From the NCBI GenBank assembly GCA_036785375.1, contig JAWMAR010000188.1, positions 3,286,001-3,350,000 on the forward strand: a stretch of 64,000 nt of DNA, given 5' to 3'. The notes below the pieces were generated by a model. The model ran no database searches. It was not told the DNA's origin and was given only the letters and a program-made list of their open reading frames with translations. The stretch's first letter is position 1. Every line of letters starts with the position of its first letter. The position numbers and the translations under genes were made by a program. The stretch comes from Leucoraja ocellata. Taxonomy: Eukaryota. Shown piece by piece: positions 1 through 13,000 of this stretch.

Positions 1-150
1 ACTCCCGTGGCTATCTGGACTACACTTCTTCCCACCTTGCTTCTTGTAAGGACTCCATCCCCTACTCCCAATTCCGTCTATGCCGCAACTGCTCCCAGGA
101 TAAGGCATTCCACACCAGCGCATCTGAAATGTCCTCATTCTTCAGGGAAC
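1..150 (+). mobile_element. Penelope-like retroelement fragment (RT C-terminal region)
   Basis: Translates YLDYTSSHLASCKDSIPYSQF, typical of Penelope-like RT thumb regions. Confidence 0.6.
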
Positions 151-863
151 GGGTTATTTTATTATAGTGACTTTATTATATCTAAAGCTGGATATAAAAT
201 TATACCAAATTAGCTGGATGCAATGGATGTTATACTACATTTAAAAATAACAAATAGCTTCAATGATACAAAGCAATTGAAAATGGGTTTACAATTATTG
301 CACATTTCGCGTAATCATAGTCAATTTACTGATCTGAGTGGTGCTATTGGGTATGCAGTGCCGCAATAGGCTCAGAATCCTCTCAAAAGACTGACTAAAG
401 TTAACGGGAAACTTAACCAATCATTGCCGTTGGAAGATCAGTGTCTCTGCCTTTTTGCTGAGAGAGGTTGGGAAAAGGATTGGAATGCTAATACCATCTT
501 TCCTGATCCCTTTGTACTGAGTTTAGCTCTGTGATCGATCTACTAATGGAGATGTGGATCTATCCATTCTCCACTGAAGATCAGTGCTTACAGCCCATCA
601 TATAGTGGATGACCGTTTAAAGTCACCATTGATCTTGCTTCAGAAATGAACTGACAGCAGATGCCACAAACTACTGAAGAGGTACCAAAATCTCAATTCA
701 CTCAATTTGGTGAATCACTTCTCAATATCAAGAAAATGGTTCTCAACAGGATATAAAAGTAGCTTCAGTTTTAGTGATACATTACAGAGCAACGGTTGGT
801 TAGACTTTAAGAACATGTGTGTATTTAATTTGTAATTTTCTGGGTTTTCTTTCTCTTGAATAG

Positions 864-1044
864 AGTGGAATGCATGTGAATGGGGCACCATCCTTAATGC
901 AACCACCAATGCAAACTGCAGTATCTGTTCCTGGACTCGGACCCGTACAAGGACCAGGTGGGCCAGGGCTAGGGCCAGGGCTAGGGCCTGGGCCCGGGCC
1001 AGCACCTGGACCAGGACCAGGACCAGGACCCGTTGGACCTGGAG
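864..1044 (+). CDS. CSTF2: CSTF2 exon (human exon 7 equivalent): [17 protein letters not shown]...[10 protein letters not shown]
   Basis: Polypyrimidine tract plus TAG acceptor at 861-863; G|GTATAA donor at 1045; Pro/Gly-rich translation. Confidence 0.92.
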
Positions 1045-4000
1045 GTATAAAAGTGTTTACAGAAAAATATCAAAGTGTGTTTTGTTTTATCTAATCAAAT
1101 TTTAATTTCCTGTTTTACTTATTGCCTTTTCTGTATCTCTACTGTACAATCTACTCTTCTGGTGATAGCAACATTTTGAAATATTTTTAATTCAATTCAG
1201 CAGAGATTATCAGTGATCTGAGTTGATTCTAATATTGAGTCAGTGGGTCTGTATTACATATCAGCATCTTTGGTGAAATTGTCGCTGCATTGTGACAGAG
1301 GTGAGGGAAAAGCATAACATGGCTAGTGAGGGTTTGCTTGCTTTTATGAAAAGGAAATTGTGTTTGAAGTTCATTCACGATGTGTGTGACATGGATTGAG
1401 TCATAGTCTTACAGCAACAAAAATGGCAGAGAAATGGCACGTGGTGTTTGACCCGACCGAGTGTGGGGTGATGCACTTTGGGAGGATGAATGTAAGGAGG
1501 ATGTATACAGTTAATGGCAAGACCCTTAACGGCATTAATATGCAGAGGGATCTTGGAGTCCAAATTCATAGCTCAGTGAAAGTGGCAGCACATGTAGATA
1601 GGGTGGTTAAGAAGACATATGGTATGCATGCCTTCATTGATGCGGGCATTGTATATAAGAGTCAGGAAGTCATGATGCAGCTCCTTTGGATTTTGGTTAG
1701 GCAGCATTTGCAGTATTGCATGCCGTTCTGATCGCTCCATTACAGGAAAGATAGGGAGGCTTTGAATAGGGTGCAGAGTATGTTTACCATATTGCTGTCT
1801 GGATTAGAGGTTTTCAACTAAAGGGAGAGGTTGATAGTATTGATTTTTTTTCTCTGGATTGTCGGAGGTTGAGGGTAGACGTAAAAGTATATAACATTCT
1901 GAGAGGCATTGATAGGGTAGACAAGATACAAGATACAAGATAAATTTAATTGTCACGTGTGCCAGATGGCACAGTGAAATGAATTCCCATACAGCCATAC
2001 AATAAAAATAAACGGGACTCAACACACTATAGAATTTAACACAAAACATCCCCACACAGCAGAACCAAAGTTACCCACTGTGTGGGAAGGCACCAAAGTC
2101 AGTCTCTTTCCTCCACTGTTCCCCGTGGTCAGGGTCTACTGGTGACCTGGGTGAATCTACATCTTCATTCAGTAAAACTGGCTAATCTGAACTCTTTCTT
2201 TGTGTACCTTTGTTTGCTCCATTTAAAATATATATTCTAGCATTGATCGGACGTTGAGTGCAGTATCAGTCCATTTTCGTTTAGTGCAGTATTAGTCCAT
2301 TGAAACAGCCAAGTAAGTGTTGCCTCGTTAATTTTGAACACAATTATCTGTGCATCCATTCCAATGCACCGTTGCAATACCCTGTTAATGTCACTAGATG
2401 GTAATCAAAGTATGTTGAATCTGCTGACAACAATAACCAGAGAAAGACTAATAGTGTCAGTTTAAAATTATATAAACTGCTTTCCAGTTGATTGTTATCA
2501 GCTATACTTTCAATTTTTTATTTTTGGCATTATTAGAAGTTCTGAAGAAAATTATGTGTCCGTTAAAGTCAAATGATGATCTCATTGGTTGCATGTTTTT
2601 TTATATTAACCCAGCGGTTTCCATAGCCACTAAGGACACATCTTGGAAAGTAACCTACCATTGGAATGGTGAATGCAGGGGAGGTGGTGAGGAGGGTGGG
2701 TGTGTTGACCTCCCATAGACACTTTTTAATAACTTCCTTTCGAATGGAACAACTACAGGTGCACCACCTTTTATCCGAAGATCCAAATAACGAAAAGCTC
2801 CGAATAGCGGACATTTTTTCAGTCCTTGAAGAAAGGTACCTGAAGACGTTTACCGAGAGCGGCCCGCAGAGGTGACAGCGGAACCTCCGGTCGGTCCTCG
2901 AAGAAAGGGGAACTAAATCCCCATTCATAAAAGAGGTGAGGGTATATTGCGCGGGAGGGTTAATAATTGACAATCTGCTGCTGCCTGCCCGCTGAGTTAA
3001 AAAGTTCCCACGGTAGACTCACGATACACAGTGTATCGCGAGTCTTGCGTGGGAACGTTTTAACTCGGCTGGCAGGCAGCAGCAGATTGTCGCTCCCTTC
3101 AGTTTCACCCCACCTACACCCCTCTGCTTCCCGGCCATGTGTGTGTCCCCTTCCCTCCTCTCTCCAGTTCCCCGCCCATTGCACCGGCGCGGGGGCTTTG
3201 CACTGTCTTCACGTCGGCGATGCCAGCATACAATGCCAGTCACCGGAGACGTCAGGACCAACGGGACACCGAACCCCAGGCCCACTGCAAGCACGGAGAT
3301 CCCAGAGACCCACAGCCAGCAGCAGCCCAGCCCCGTTCCAACTCCAGAGGAACACGCTTCCCGTAGGGACAGAAGCTGATGGTGTGCAAGTTACGTCTTG
3401 TTCTTGGGGTTGCAGATGAGGGGGCGCAGCTCGGGCTGTGACGTCTCCGGCCACCCCCCTGTACAGGAGCTGAGACTGGGAACTGTACCGCCCTTGCAGG
3501 TGAGCAGGAGAGTGGGGTTGTTTGCAGTTGCAGAGGGAAGGGGCAAGGGCGGTACAGTTCCCAGTCTCAGCGCCTGTCCAGGGGGGTGGCCGAAGACATC
3601 AGGACCACCAGAAGCCGCTCCCCGATGGGCCGCTACGGCGACAAGTGGCAGTTCGCCCACAGCCCGAGCTGCGCCCCCTCATCGGGACACCGACCTCCAG
3701 GCTCACTGCAAGCACGGAGGTCCCAGATCAGCAACTCCAGCCCAGCCCCGCTCCAACTCCAGAGGAACACGCTCCCCGTAGGGGCAGAAGCTGATGGTGT
3801 GCAAGGTGCGTCTTGTTCTTGGGGTGGCGCAGCTCGGGCTGTGGGCGAACTGCCACTTGTCGCCGTAGCGGCCCATCGGGGAGCGGATTCCTCTGGAGTT
3901 GGAGGGACAGGGAGGCACAGCGGCTTTTGAGAATGGTGGGCAATCACTTCCAAAGTTCTGCCCACACAGTCAGTACACCTCTCCTACACTTGTCTCCCGC

Positions 4001-7000
4001 ACTAAGATTATCTCGCAGAGAATGATCCCAGCCTAACCCTCCCTATTCTCTCCTATTCTGCAAGAAAAAACTACATTGAAGACTCAAACTCGCGATCGAG
4101 TAACTGCCGGGATCGAGGCGCAAATTTGCGACCTTGCGGATATGAGCCGAGCATTCTACCACTGCGCCAGCCGTTAAAATCTACGCTAAAAATCTTCCAA
4201 TCCGAAAGCCGAAAAATTCCGAATTACGAAAAGTGTCTGGTCCCAAGGCTTTCGGATAAAAGGTTGTGCACCTGTATTAAAGTTAAAAATGTAGCATGCT
4301 CGAACATTCATTAAGATTATTGATGACCCTACGCTTCAAAAGCACTTTCTTGCTGGTTCACTGTTTCAAAGATCTATTGATCTCGGCCATCAATACACCA
4401 CTCAAATGGACTCAAACCTAGGTATAAAACAGAAAAAATATTTTCATCTTAGTCTTAAGTGATCCTTGGACTATGCCCTCAAGTTTTAGATTTTGCAATG
4501 TGGAGAAACAGCCCTTTTAACAATATATCCTTCTCAATCGCTCTCAACAGCTGGATTCCCAATGCAATCACCTCCCAGTATTTTAAACTGTAATGAATTT
4601 AGATCAAGCTTTTTTCAATCACCTCGGGAATCAATCTTGTAAATATTGCACTGACTATAAGATTCTTCGGGTATATTCATTGAAATGTAGTTGCCAGAGA
4701 GCACTAAGAATTTTCAACCTTTTACTTTTCGATACTTTTGCAATAAAAATTAACTGCCATATTCCTTTGGATTTGCTTGCTAAACCCGCATGTTCACTTT
4801 TCTGCATCCTCTGAAATAGCACACCCAGATCCGTCTCTATACATGTGTTTGCTAGTTTCTTTATTTAAAAAATATTCTGTTTTTCTTCGAGTCAAAATGC
4901 ACAATGTAGATTATTCTCCATTTGCACCACCAAAATATAGATATGCCATTTATTGTCACTATACATGTTTTAATTTCATTGTACATGTATAGTGACAATA
5001 AATGGCATATCTATATCTTGAATCTGCTGACAACAATAACCAGAGCTATATCTAACTCTTGAAAACATCCAGCGAATTGGCCTCAACTGCCTTCTGTGGC
5101 AGAGAATTCCACAGATTCACAACTTTCTGGGTGAAAACGTTTTTCCTCATCTCAGTCCTAAATGGCCTACCCCATATTTTTAAACTGTGACCCCTGGTTT
5201 TGGACTCTCCCCAACATTGGGAACATTTTCCCTGCATCTAGCCTGTCCAATCCCTTAAGAATGTTATATATTTCTATAAGATTCCCTCTCATCCTTATAA
5301 ATTCCAGTGAATGTAAGTCTAATCGATCATTCTTTGATGCCTTCCAACTGGTGGGACTATTTCAGAATCCCAGGGATTTTTAAAGGTCAGGTTTAGTGAA
5401 CAGTTTTCTTGTGCATGCATTTCCGCTCTTGCCCACCTTCACCAAAAATATAATTTGTGTACAGCAGCAATATTCCTTTCCTGATTATATATACTTTATC
5501 TGCATGAATTACTTCCCACAGGAAACATGCAGCCTCAGATGGGTCTTGCTCCTTCAGGACTGGTGCCAATGGACAGAGGACAAGGTATTGGACTTGCTTT
5601 TATTAACTTGTTAATTTGGCTTAAGATTGATAGTGACCTTTATTAAAATGATCCAGTATTGGCTCTGTAACTTTTAAAATAATAAAGTTTTCTAATGAGA
5701 GGGAAGAAACATTGCATTTGAAATTTGAGGGGATACTAATAACAGTTAGGTTTTGTTAATTTTTTTGTTACTTTTCATTGTTGAACAATATTTTCTATAA
5801 TTTTACACTGATTCCAAATGTTTGGTGTAGTTATTAATTCAGAAAATGAATCGCACCAGATACTGTATATGCAGAAAGATCTAGGCAGTACTTGGCACGG
5901 GCTATTGAGTAACAAGTAACCATTCTACCGCACAAGTACAGGGACTGTCCATTTCCAAAAAGTCTAACCCATGACTTTTTATGGCATTGCAATTGCTTAG
6001 GGTCCATCAGTAATATCTTGGTAAAGGACTGCTCACCAATAAAACTAATACCTGACTGATCACTGTCATTCGAAGCTGCCTAGAGCCCAAACCTATGTGA
6101 TCTGACCCCGAGTCATTTGCGGAAAAGTGGGGAATATTCTTACTCTGTTGCATGTGTGCATTACCTTGGATCAGGTATAGTAGACAAATTGTAAGATGAA
6201 AAAATCAACCTGATTTAGATGAAATATTGGGCTATTGTGGCATGGCTAATCTCACTAAAATGAATATTTTAGTAAAATATACACCCAAACCAACTTCATC
6301 CCAATATGTAGTTGGCCTTACTAAATCATATGTACTAGGGGGTCATCATTGATAAGGCCTTCATTGGAATACTGTGTCTATAAGAACCGATCAGAAGTTC
6401 ATCTGCTGATACCCTTAAGCATTTTTTACCCTTAAGCATTTCTACATTGATGAAATGCTCATCCTACTCCTGAGTAAGTGCAACCTCGACAACTCCAAAA
6501 ACATAGAATCATCCAGGATAAAGCAACCTTTTTGACTGGTACCCTATCTATTGTCCTGAACATTCATTATTACTAAAACGAGCACTCCTACTGTGCTTTC
6601 ACCATCCCCCTGACCTCTCTCTCCAATGCTGTACTCAGCAGAGGCCTAACATTTATACCCCTGTGCTAACACCTCAGAATTCCTTGCCCAATCCACACCC
6701 CCACCTTCCACCCTAGCGGTTGTGGCCTTATCCATGTATCTCATGTCTCCACTATCCAGCATTTCTGCTCGTATTCACCCCATCCCTTGCTCCCGTGCAA
6801 CCCTCATGCATAATATGGTAGAGTTACCCCAGTTTTCACCTTACAAACCCAGCTAAGCATCCAAACCATAATTGTCTGACATTTCCACCACCTTCAATGT
6901 GACTCCACCAACAGGCATTTCTTCCCATTCCCACCCTTTTTCACTTTCCACTTTCCACAGAGACTTCTCCCTCCAGGACTTCTTGGCTCTGCTCATCCCT

Positions 7001-10000
7001 TCCAACATAGCCACACCCCTCCCCAAGCACAGTCCTGCAATCGCAGGTTATTGGACATCTGTCCCTACACCTCCCTCACCTCTATTCATGGGCTCCAACA
7101 GCCCTTCCTGGAGAGATGCGATTACTTACACCTTGCATCGATTGGCAACATTTCATTGAACACATGCACTCGGTCCACCAGGGCTTGCTGGAGCTCCTGG
7201 TTGCTAGACATTTTAATTCCCTTTCCAATTTCCCTATCAACCTGTCTGTCCTGCCAGAGTGAGGCCAACTCTTCATATTTCCCTTGGGCAGCCGACAACC
7301 CATTGCTATGAACATTAAATTCTCAATTAAATTTTTGGTCAATCTCCTCTTCCTTCTCACTACCTATTTCTTCCCATTCCTGATTTAAATGGCATTATTA
7401 TTACCAAACCTCATATCAAATCTTCCAATTTTCTTGGAAAAGAAGTACAGGACACCTATTCACAGTTGCCAACCCATCTAATCCATTACAATAATCATGT
7501 AGACTTTATCTAACCCAGCATCTGCAGATTTTTAAAAAATCACAAATAATATGTTTGGCTGCGTTGCTAAGTAGAATATTTCTTGCATGTGGTATTGCAA
7601 TTGTGTGTGTATTTGTGTGTGCATATGTATGTGTAGGTATGTTTATGTGTGTGTGTGTATATATATATATAATATATATACAGGTGCACAACCTTTTATC
7701 CAAAAGCCTTGGGACCAGACACTTTTCGTAATTCGGAATTTTTCGGCTTTCGGATTGGAAGATTTTTAGCGTAGATTTTAACGGCTGGGTCAGTGGTAGA
7801 GTGCTCGGCTCATATCCGCAAGGTCGCGAGTTTGCGCCTCGATCCCGGCAGTTACTCGAGCGCGAGTTTGAGTCTTCAATGTAGTTTTTTCTTGCAGAAT
7901 AGGAGAGAATAGGGAGGGTTAGGCTGGGATCATTCTCTGCGAGATAATCTTAGTGCGGGAGACAAGTATAGGAGAGGTGTACTGACTGTGTGGGCAGAAC
8001 TTTGGAAGTGATTGCCCACCATTCTCAAAAGCCGCTGTGTCTCCCTGTCCCTCCAACTCCAGAGGAATCCGCTCCCCGATAAGCCGCTACGGCGATAAGT
8101 GGCAGTTCGCCCACAGCCCGAGCTGCGCCACCCCAAGAACAAGACGTACCTTGCACACCATCAGCTTCTGCCCCTACGGGGAGCGTGTTCCTCTGGAGTT
8201 GTAGCGAGGCTGGGCTGGAGTTGCTGATCTGGGATCTCCGTGCTTGCAGTGGGCCTGGGGGTCGGTGTCCCGATGAGGGGGCGCAGCTTGGGCTGTGGGC
8301 GAACTGCCACTTGTCGCCGTAGCGGCCCATCGGGGAGCGGCTTCTGGTGGTCCTGACGTCTTCGGCCACCCCCCTGTACAGGAGCTGAGACTGGGAACTA
8401 CCGCCCTTGCAGGTGAGCAGGAGAGTGGGGTTGTTTGCAGTTGCAGAGGGAGGGGGCAAGGGCGGTACAGTTCCCAGTCTCAGCTCCTGTCCAGGGGGGT
8501 GGCCGGAGACGTCAGGACCAACAGGAACCCACTCCCCGATGGGCCGCTACAGCGACAAGTGGCAGTTCGCCCACAGCCCGAGCTGCGCCCCCTCATCCGC
8601 AACCCGGGTTCCTCTGGAGTTGGAACGGGGCTGGGCTAGAGTTGCTGCTGGCTGTGAGTCTCTGGGATCTCCGTGCTTGCAGTCGGTGTCTCATTGGTCC
8701 TGATGTCTCCGGCCAACCCCCTGGACAGGAGCCCGAGCTGCGCCCCCTCATCTGCAACCCCAAGAAAAAGACGTACCTTGCACACCATCAGCTTCTGTCC
8801 CTACGGGAAGCGTGTTCCTCTGGAGTTGGAACGGGTCTGGGCTGCTGCTGGCTGTGGGTCTCTGGGATTTCCGTGCTTGCAGTGGGCCTGGGGGTTGGTG
8901 TCCCGTTGGTCCTGAAGTCTCCGGTGACTGGCACTGACCTGCTGGCTGGCATCGCCGACGTGAAGACAGTGCAAAGCCCCCGCGCCGGTGCAATGGGCGG
9001 GGAACTGGAGAGGGGAGGGAAGGGGTCACACACATGGCCGGGAAGCAGAGGGGTGTAGGTCGGGTGAAACTGAAGGGTGCGACAATCTGCTGCTGCCTGC
9101 CCGTTAAAACGTTCCCACGCAAGACTCACGATACACTGTGTATCGTGAGTCTACCGTGGGAACTTTTTAACTCAGCGGGCAGGCAGCAACAGATTGTCAA
9201 TTATTAACCCTCCCGCGCAATATACCCTCACCTCTTTTATGAATGGGGATTTAGTTCCCCTTTCTTCGAGGACCGACCGGAGGTTCCGCTGTCACCTCTG
9301 CTGGCCGCCCTCGGTGAACGTCTTCAAGGACCTTTCTTCAAGGACTGAAAAAATGTCCGCTATTCGGAGCTTTTCGTTATTTGGATCTTCGGATAAATGG
9401 TTGTGCACCTGTATATGTGTGTGTGTGTGACATACATACACACTTAAGAGATGTGGATAAAGATTGTGGCATGACATTTATGATAAGTATCATTTTTACT
9501 GTAAGTCTCATTTTCACTTTGATTTTCCAGCACTATGTAAAACAAATAATCACGACACTAGTCATATCTTCTCTTTGATTTTAGTATTTGTTATTTTGTG
9601 CAGCCTTTAAGGGTGGCGTCTAGTGACAAAAAGCTTGTAAAATAATTATATTAAGTGGAGTTAATGAAAGAAGCTTTGCAGTTTAACTCTACCCAATTGC
9701 TAACTTCTAAGTCATTCATGAATTGTGGATGATCCAGGTGTGAATCTCCACTTTGACAGAAAGATAATTAAAGTCAATATTCGAATTTAGACAAAAGCAC
9801 TGATCATTTGGCACATCATTCTGTTATCAGATAAACATTTTACATGCTTAGTGGCCAAGTTATCTATGATGGTGGAAAGGACTGCAGATGCTGATTTAAA
9901 TCAAAGGTAGACACAAAATGCTGGAGTAACTCAGCGAGGCAGTCTGCAGAACGGTCTTGACCCGAAACGTCACCCATTCCTTCTCTCCAGAGATGCTGCC

Positions 10001-13000
10001 TGTCCCGCTGAGTTATTCCAGCATTTTGTGTCTATCTTTATCACAATTTGCAAGTTTGAGTCCAGAAATAAATTAAATTATTTTACTAAATAGTTCCATC
10101 AGTTTCCTTGATAGAATTAAATGCACTGTATTTATATATTTTTTTAAATACGGATTTATTAACATTCCAAGATATAAATTAGCTATACATAAATTCAAGT
10201 TTTCTTAGACTTTACTTGGGACTGTTCTTATAGCTAATTATTCAGATGAATAAGCGAGTTTGGTATTCCGAAAAACGCAAGGAATCATGGGATTTGTCAA
10301 AGGTCATTCACCATAAAGAAAAAGCGAACAAAACGCTGGCTGAAGAAACTCTATAAATTCTTGTCTTTATTAAAATTTATGTGTAAAAATATATTTGATC
10401 TGAGGAACGGGGGTGCCGTGTGGTCACATTATAGGAAAATTAATGTATTCTAGATTGGAACATAACGATGATAGTTTCTGTTGAATTTCACTATTCTGCT
10501 AATTTCAAGGCATTAGAATTCTTCAGCCTCATCTATGAATACGAAAGAGCAATGAATTTCTCGATTCCAGAGAGACTCCCATAAATGGCCAACTCCTTAT
10601 CTCCCCCACTCCCCAAAGGAAGCGGGAGAGCGTGGTGTAACAGCAAAAGAGAGGGGGCCGATGCGAGTGGGAGGCAGGGAAGAGTGGCACGCAGACCCGC
10701 ACCTCATCTGCAGCATGGATTGAACCCGGGTCCCCGGTGCCGCAGGCGCTGCCGAACCGCCACTGTCGCATACCCGCCCGGGGGGTGCGGCCGGAGACGT
10801 CCGAGGTGACACCCGACCGACGTCTCAGGCCCACAGCCAGCGCGGAGAAGAAGCCCCAACCCCAGCTCAACTCCGCCTGAGTTCCCCGCCGATGACCGGC
10901 ACTCAGCCCCCGTCGGCACCGACAGCCACTGGACAAGGAGAGAGGCGCAGCCGACGGTCCCCGGCCCGCCGGGGAACGGTCACCCAGGAGCTGGAGCCAA
11001 CGCCTCCTCCTCACGCCGGGTATAAGCCCGGCCCGACACCTCCTGCCGCCCTCGGACAGGGACGAGACACCCGGGAGGGGACAGGGATGGCCCAGCAGGA
11101 ACTCAGCAGTGCCGGAGACTCGATCCCGACCACGGACAAGCACGACCTCGCTCACGCACCAAAGCATAAAGCGATAAAAACAACAAAATAATCTTATCTT
11201 TTAACAAAGGAACAATAAATACAACGTTCATAGTTTGAAAGCAGTATTTTCTTCTCTAGAAGAATCAAAGTTGGAAAACGGGAGAAATTAAGGTATTTTG
11301 TACACAGCGCCACTGCTTTCCAGCAATGTTTATGCATAGTGACCTTTGACCTGGGCATGCGCAGTTGGAATACCAAACTCGTTCATTCTGTAAATGTTGG
11401 CGTATTTGGTTTTTGGCACAGAGACTTGCCAGTGAATGGTTCCAAATTGAAATAGTCAGAATACTAACTTGGCATAAAAAAAATATTTTGTTGAACGCTT
11501 GCTTGATGGTCATTCTCTCATTATATAGCATCTAGCTAAATGTATTTATTTATTTACTTTGCTTTACTTGTCATTATATATATTTACACTGTGATGGTCA
11601 TCGTGGAGCTTTACTCCTTCTGTTGTAGGAGATTTTCTTATCATTTATCTTCATCCTGCGCTTTACTCTTCATTGGAAAACGTTGATACTGTTGCATTGA
11701 GCGCTTCTTGGAATGCTCTCTGATATACTTTCATTCTTTATGACATTCTAGTTGTTTAATGATTTTACGCAGTTTCAGAAACAAGTTATTTTATTGCCCC
11801 TGGAAGCCTCCGAGTCTATTCTTGAAGTTAGTTCATGTGCTTCTGTTACTTTTAATGCACAAACTTGAATGTTGCAAAGGACTGGTTATCCATTGCACTG
11901 TTCTTTATCTCGTGTTCTCACAGGAAATATGCACTCACCTGTGGCCTCCGCAGGGACTGCACAGATCGAGAGAGGACAAGGTACCATTCTGATTTCAATT
12001 TTTAACCTCTGATCTTGTAACTAGTCTGTTACAGAGGTGTAAACCCTTCAGCTTTACTGGATTGTGTTCACTTTAAAAAAGTGTTCATTTTTGATGGAGG
12101 AGATGTAACGGTCATTAAAAAAAAAAGGAATGAATTTCCTGTTGCAGATTTTAGGTCAGAGGTTAAATAGATTTTGGAATTATTGTGATGCGCCAATATG
12201 TGATAAATTATGCCGGAAATGTATTTTTATCATTTGTAATGCCTGACAATGCAGCAATCCAGTGACTAAAAAACATGAAGAATACGGCTACATTCCAAGG
12301 ATTTTGGTTAATGGCATTCAAGTTGGGAACATCACAGTGTGCTGACCTCTATTTATATATTTAAGTCTGCAAGCTAAATTTGTTATTTGGACTGATGGGG
12401 AAAAATGAGGATGAATTTTCCACCAATATTTTTGACCTACTTTGTAACTGTATATTGTGCAATGTTGAAGTGTCCTATATTTTAATGGGCGCTTGTCAGT
12501 TACACATTTTTGAAAAAGATGTGCTATTTTATTTTTAAATTGTTTGATAGGCTAATTATTTGCATTCACATTAGTTTCTTCTTCTGCTAATGCACACAGT
12601 ATTTTGAAGGTTCCAGCTGCAAATTTATGGGATCATGTTTGGCTGTTAAACTTTACATTTTCTTCCCGACTCACCGTCTGAGAGAAATTTTTGAAATCCC
12701 AATTTAGCACATTCTTTGCCCCTTACTTATTTTTGAGCTTTACCCTAAAATAGACAGTGAAGAGTGTTACAAAAACTGTAGCAGAATCTTTCTTAATGGG
12801 CTAGGCAAGTGGGCTGAAGAACTAATGGAGTTCAATGCAGGTAAGTGTGAGATGCTGCATTTTGGGATGTCAAAGCAGGGCAGGATCTTCACTGTGAATG
12901 GTAGGGCCCTGGGAAACCAGAATTCTTGGGGAGTAGAGGGATGCAGGAGTACAATTGCACAGTTCCCTTAGATAGGTGGTAAATTAATATTTTGGTCCAT

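Noticed and set aside
400-680. Possible intronic snoRNA or hairpin upstream of the first exon
   Set aside because: Only a weak imperfect stem; no clear C/D or H/ACA box arrangement.
2960-4025. Dense overlapping ORFs on both strands (also 7930-9130, 10529-11191, 53255-54058)
   Set aside because: GC-rich repeat interiors that lack stops by composition; no domains or splice structure.
7783-7850. Functional tRNA-Met gene
   Set aside because: Acceptor stem absent, B box degenerate (GTTTGCGCC), embedded in a transposon.
11600-12180. Additional CSTF2 exons at acceptor-like sites (~11628, ~12147)
   Set aside because: Both hit stops in phase 1 and lack convincing donors or CstF-64-like composition.
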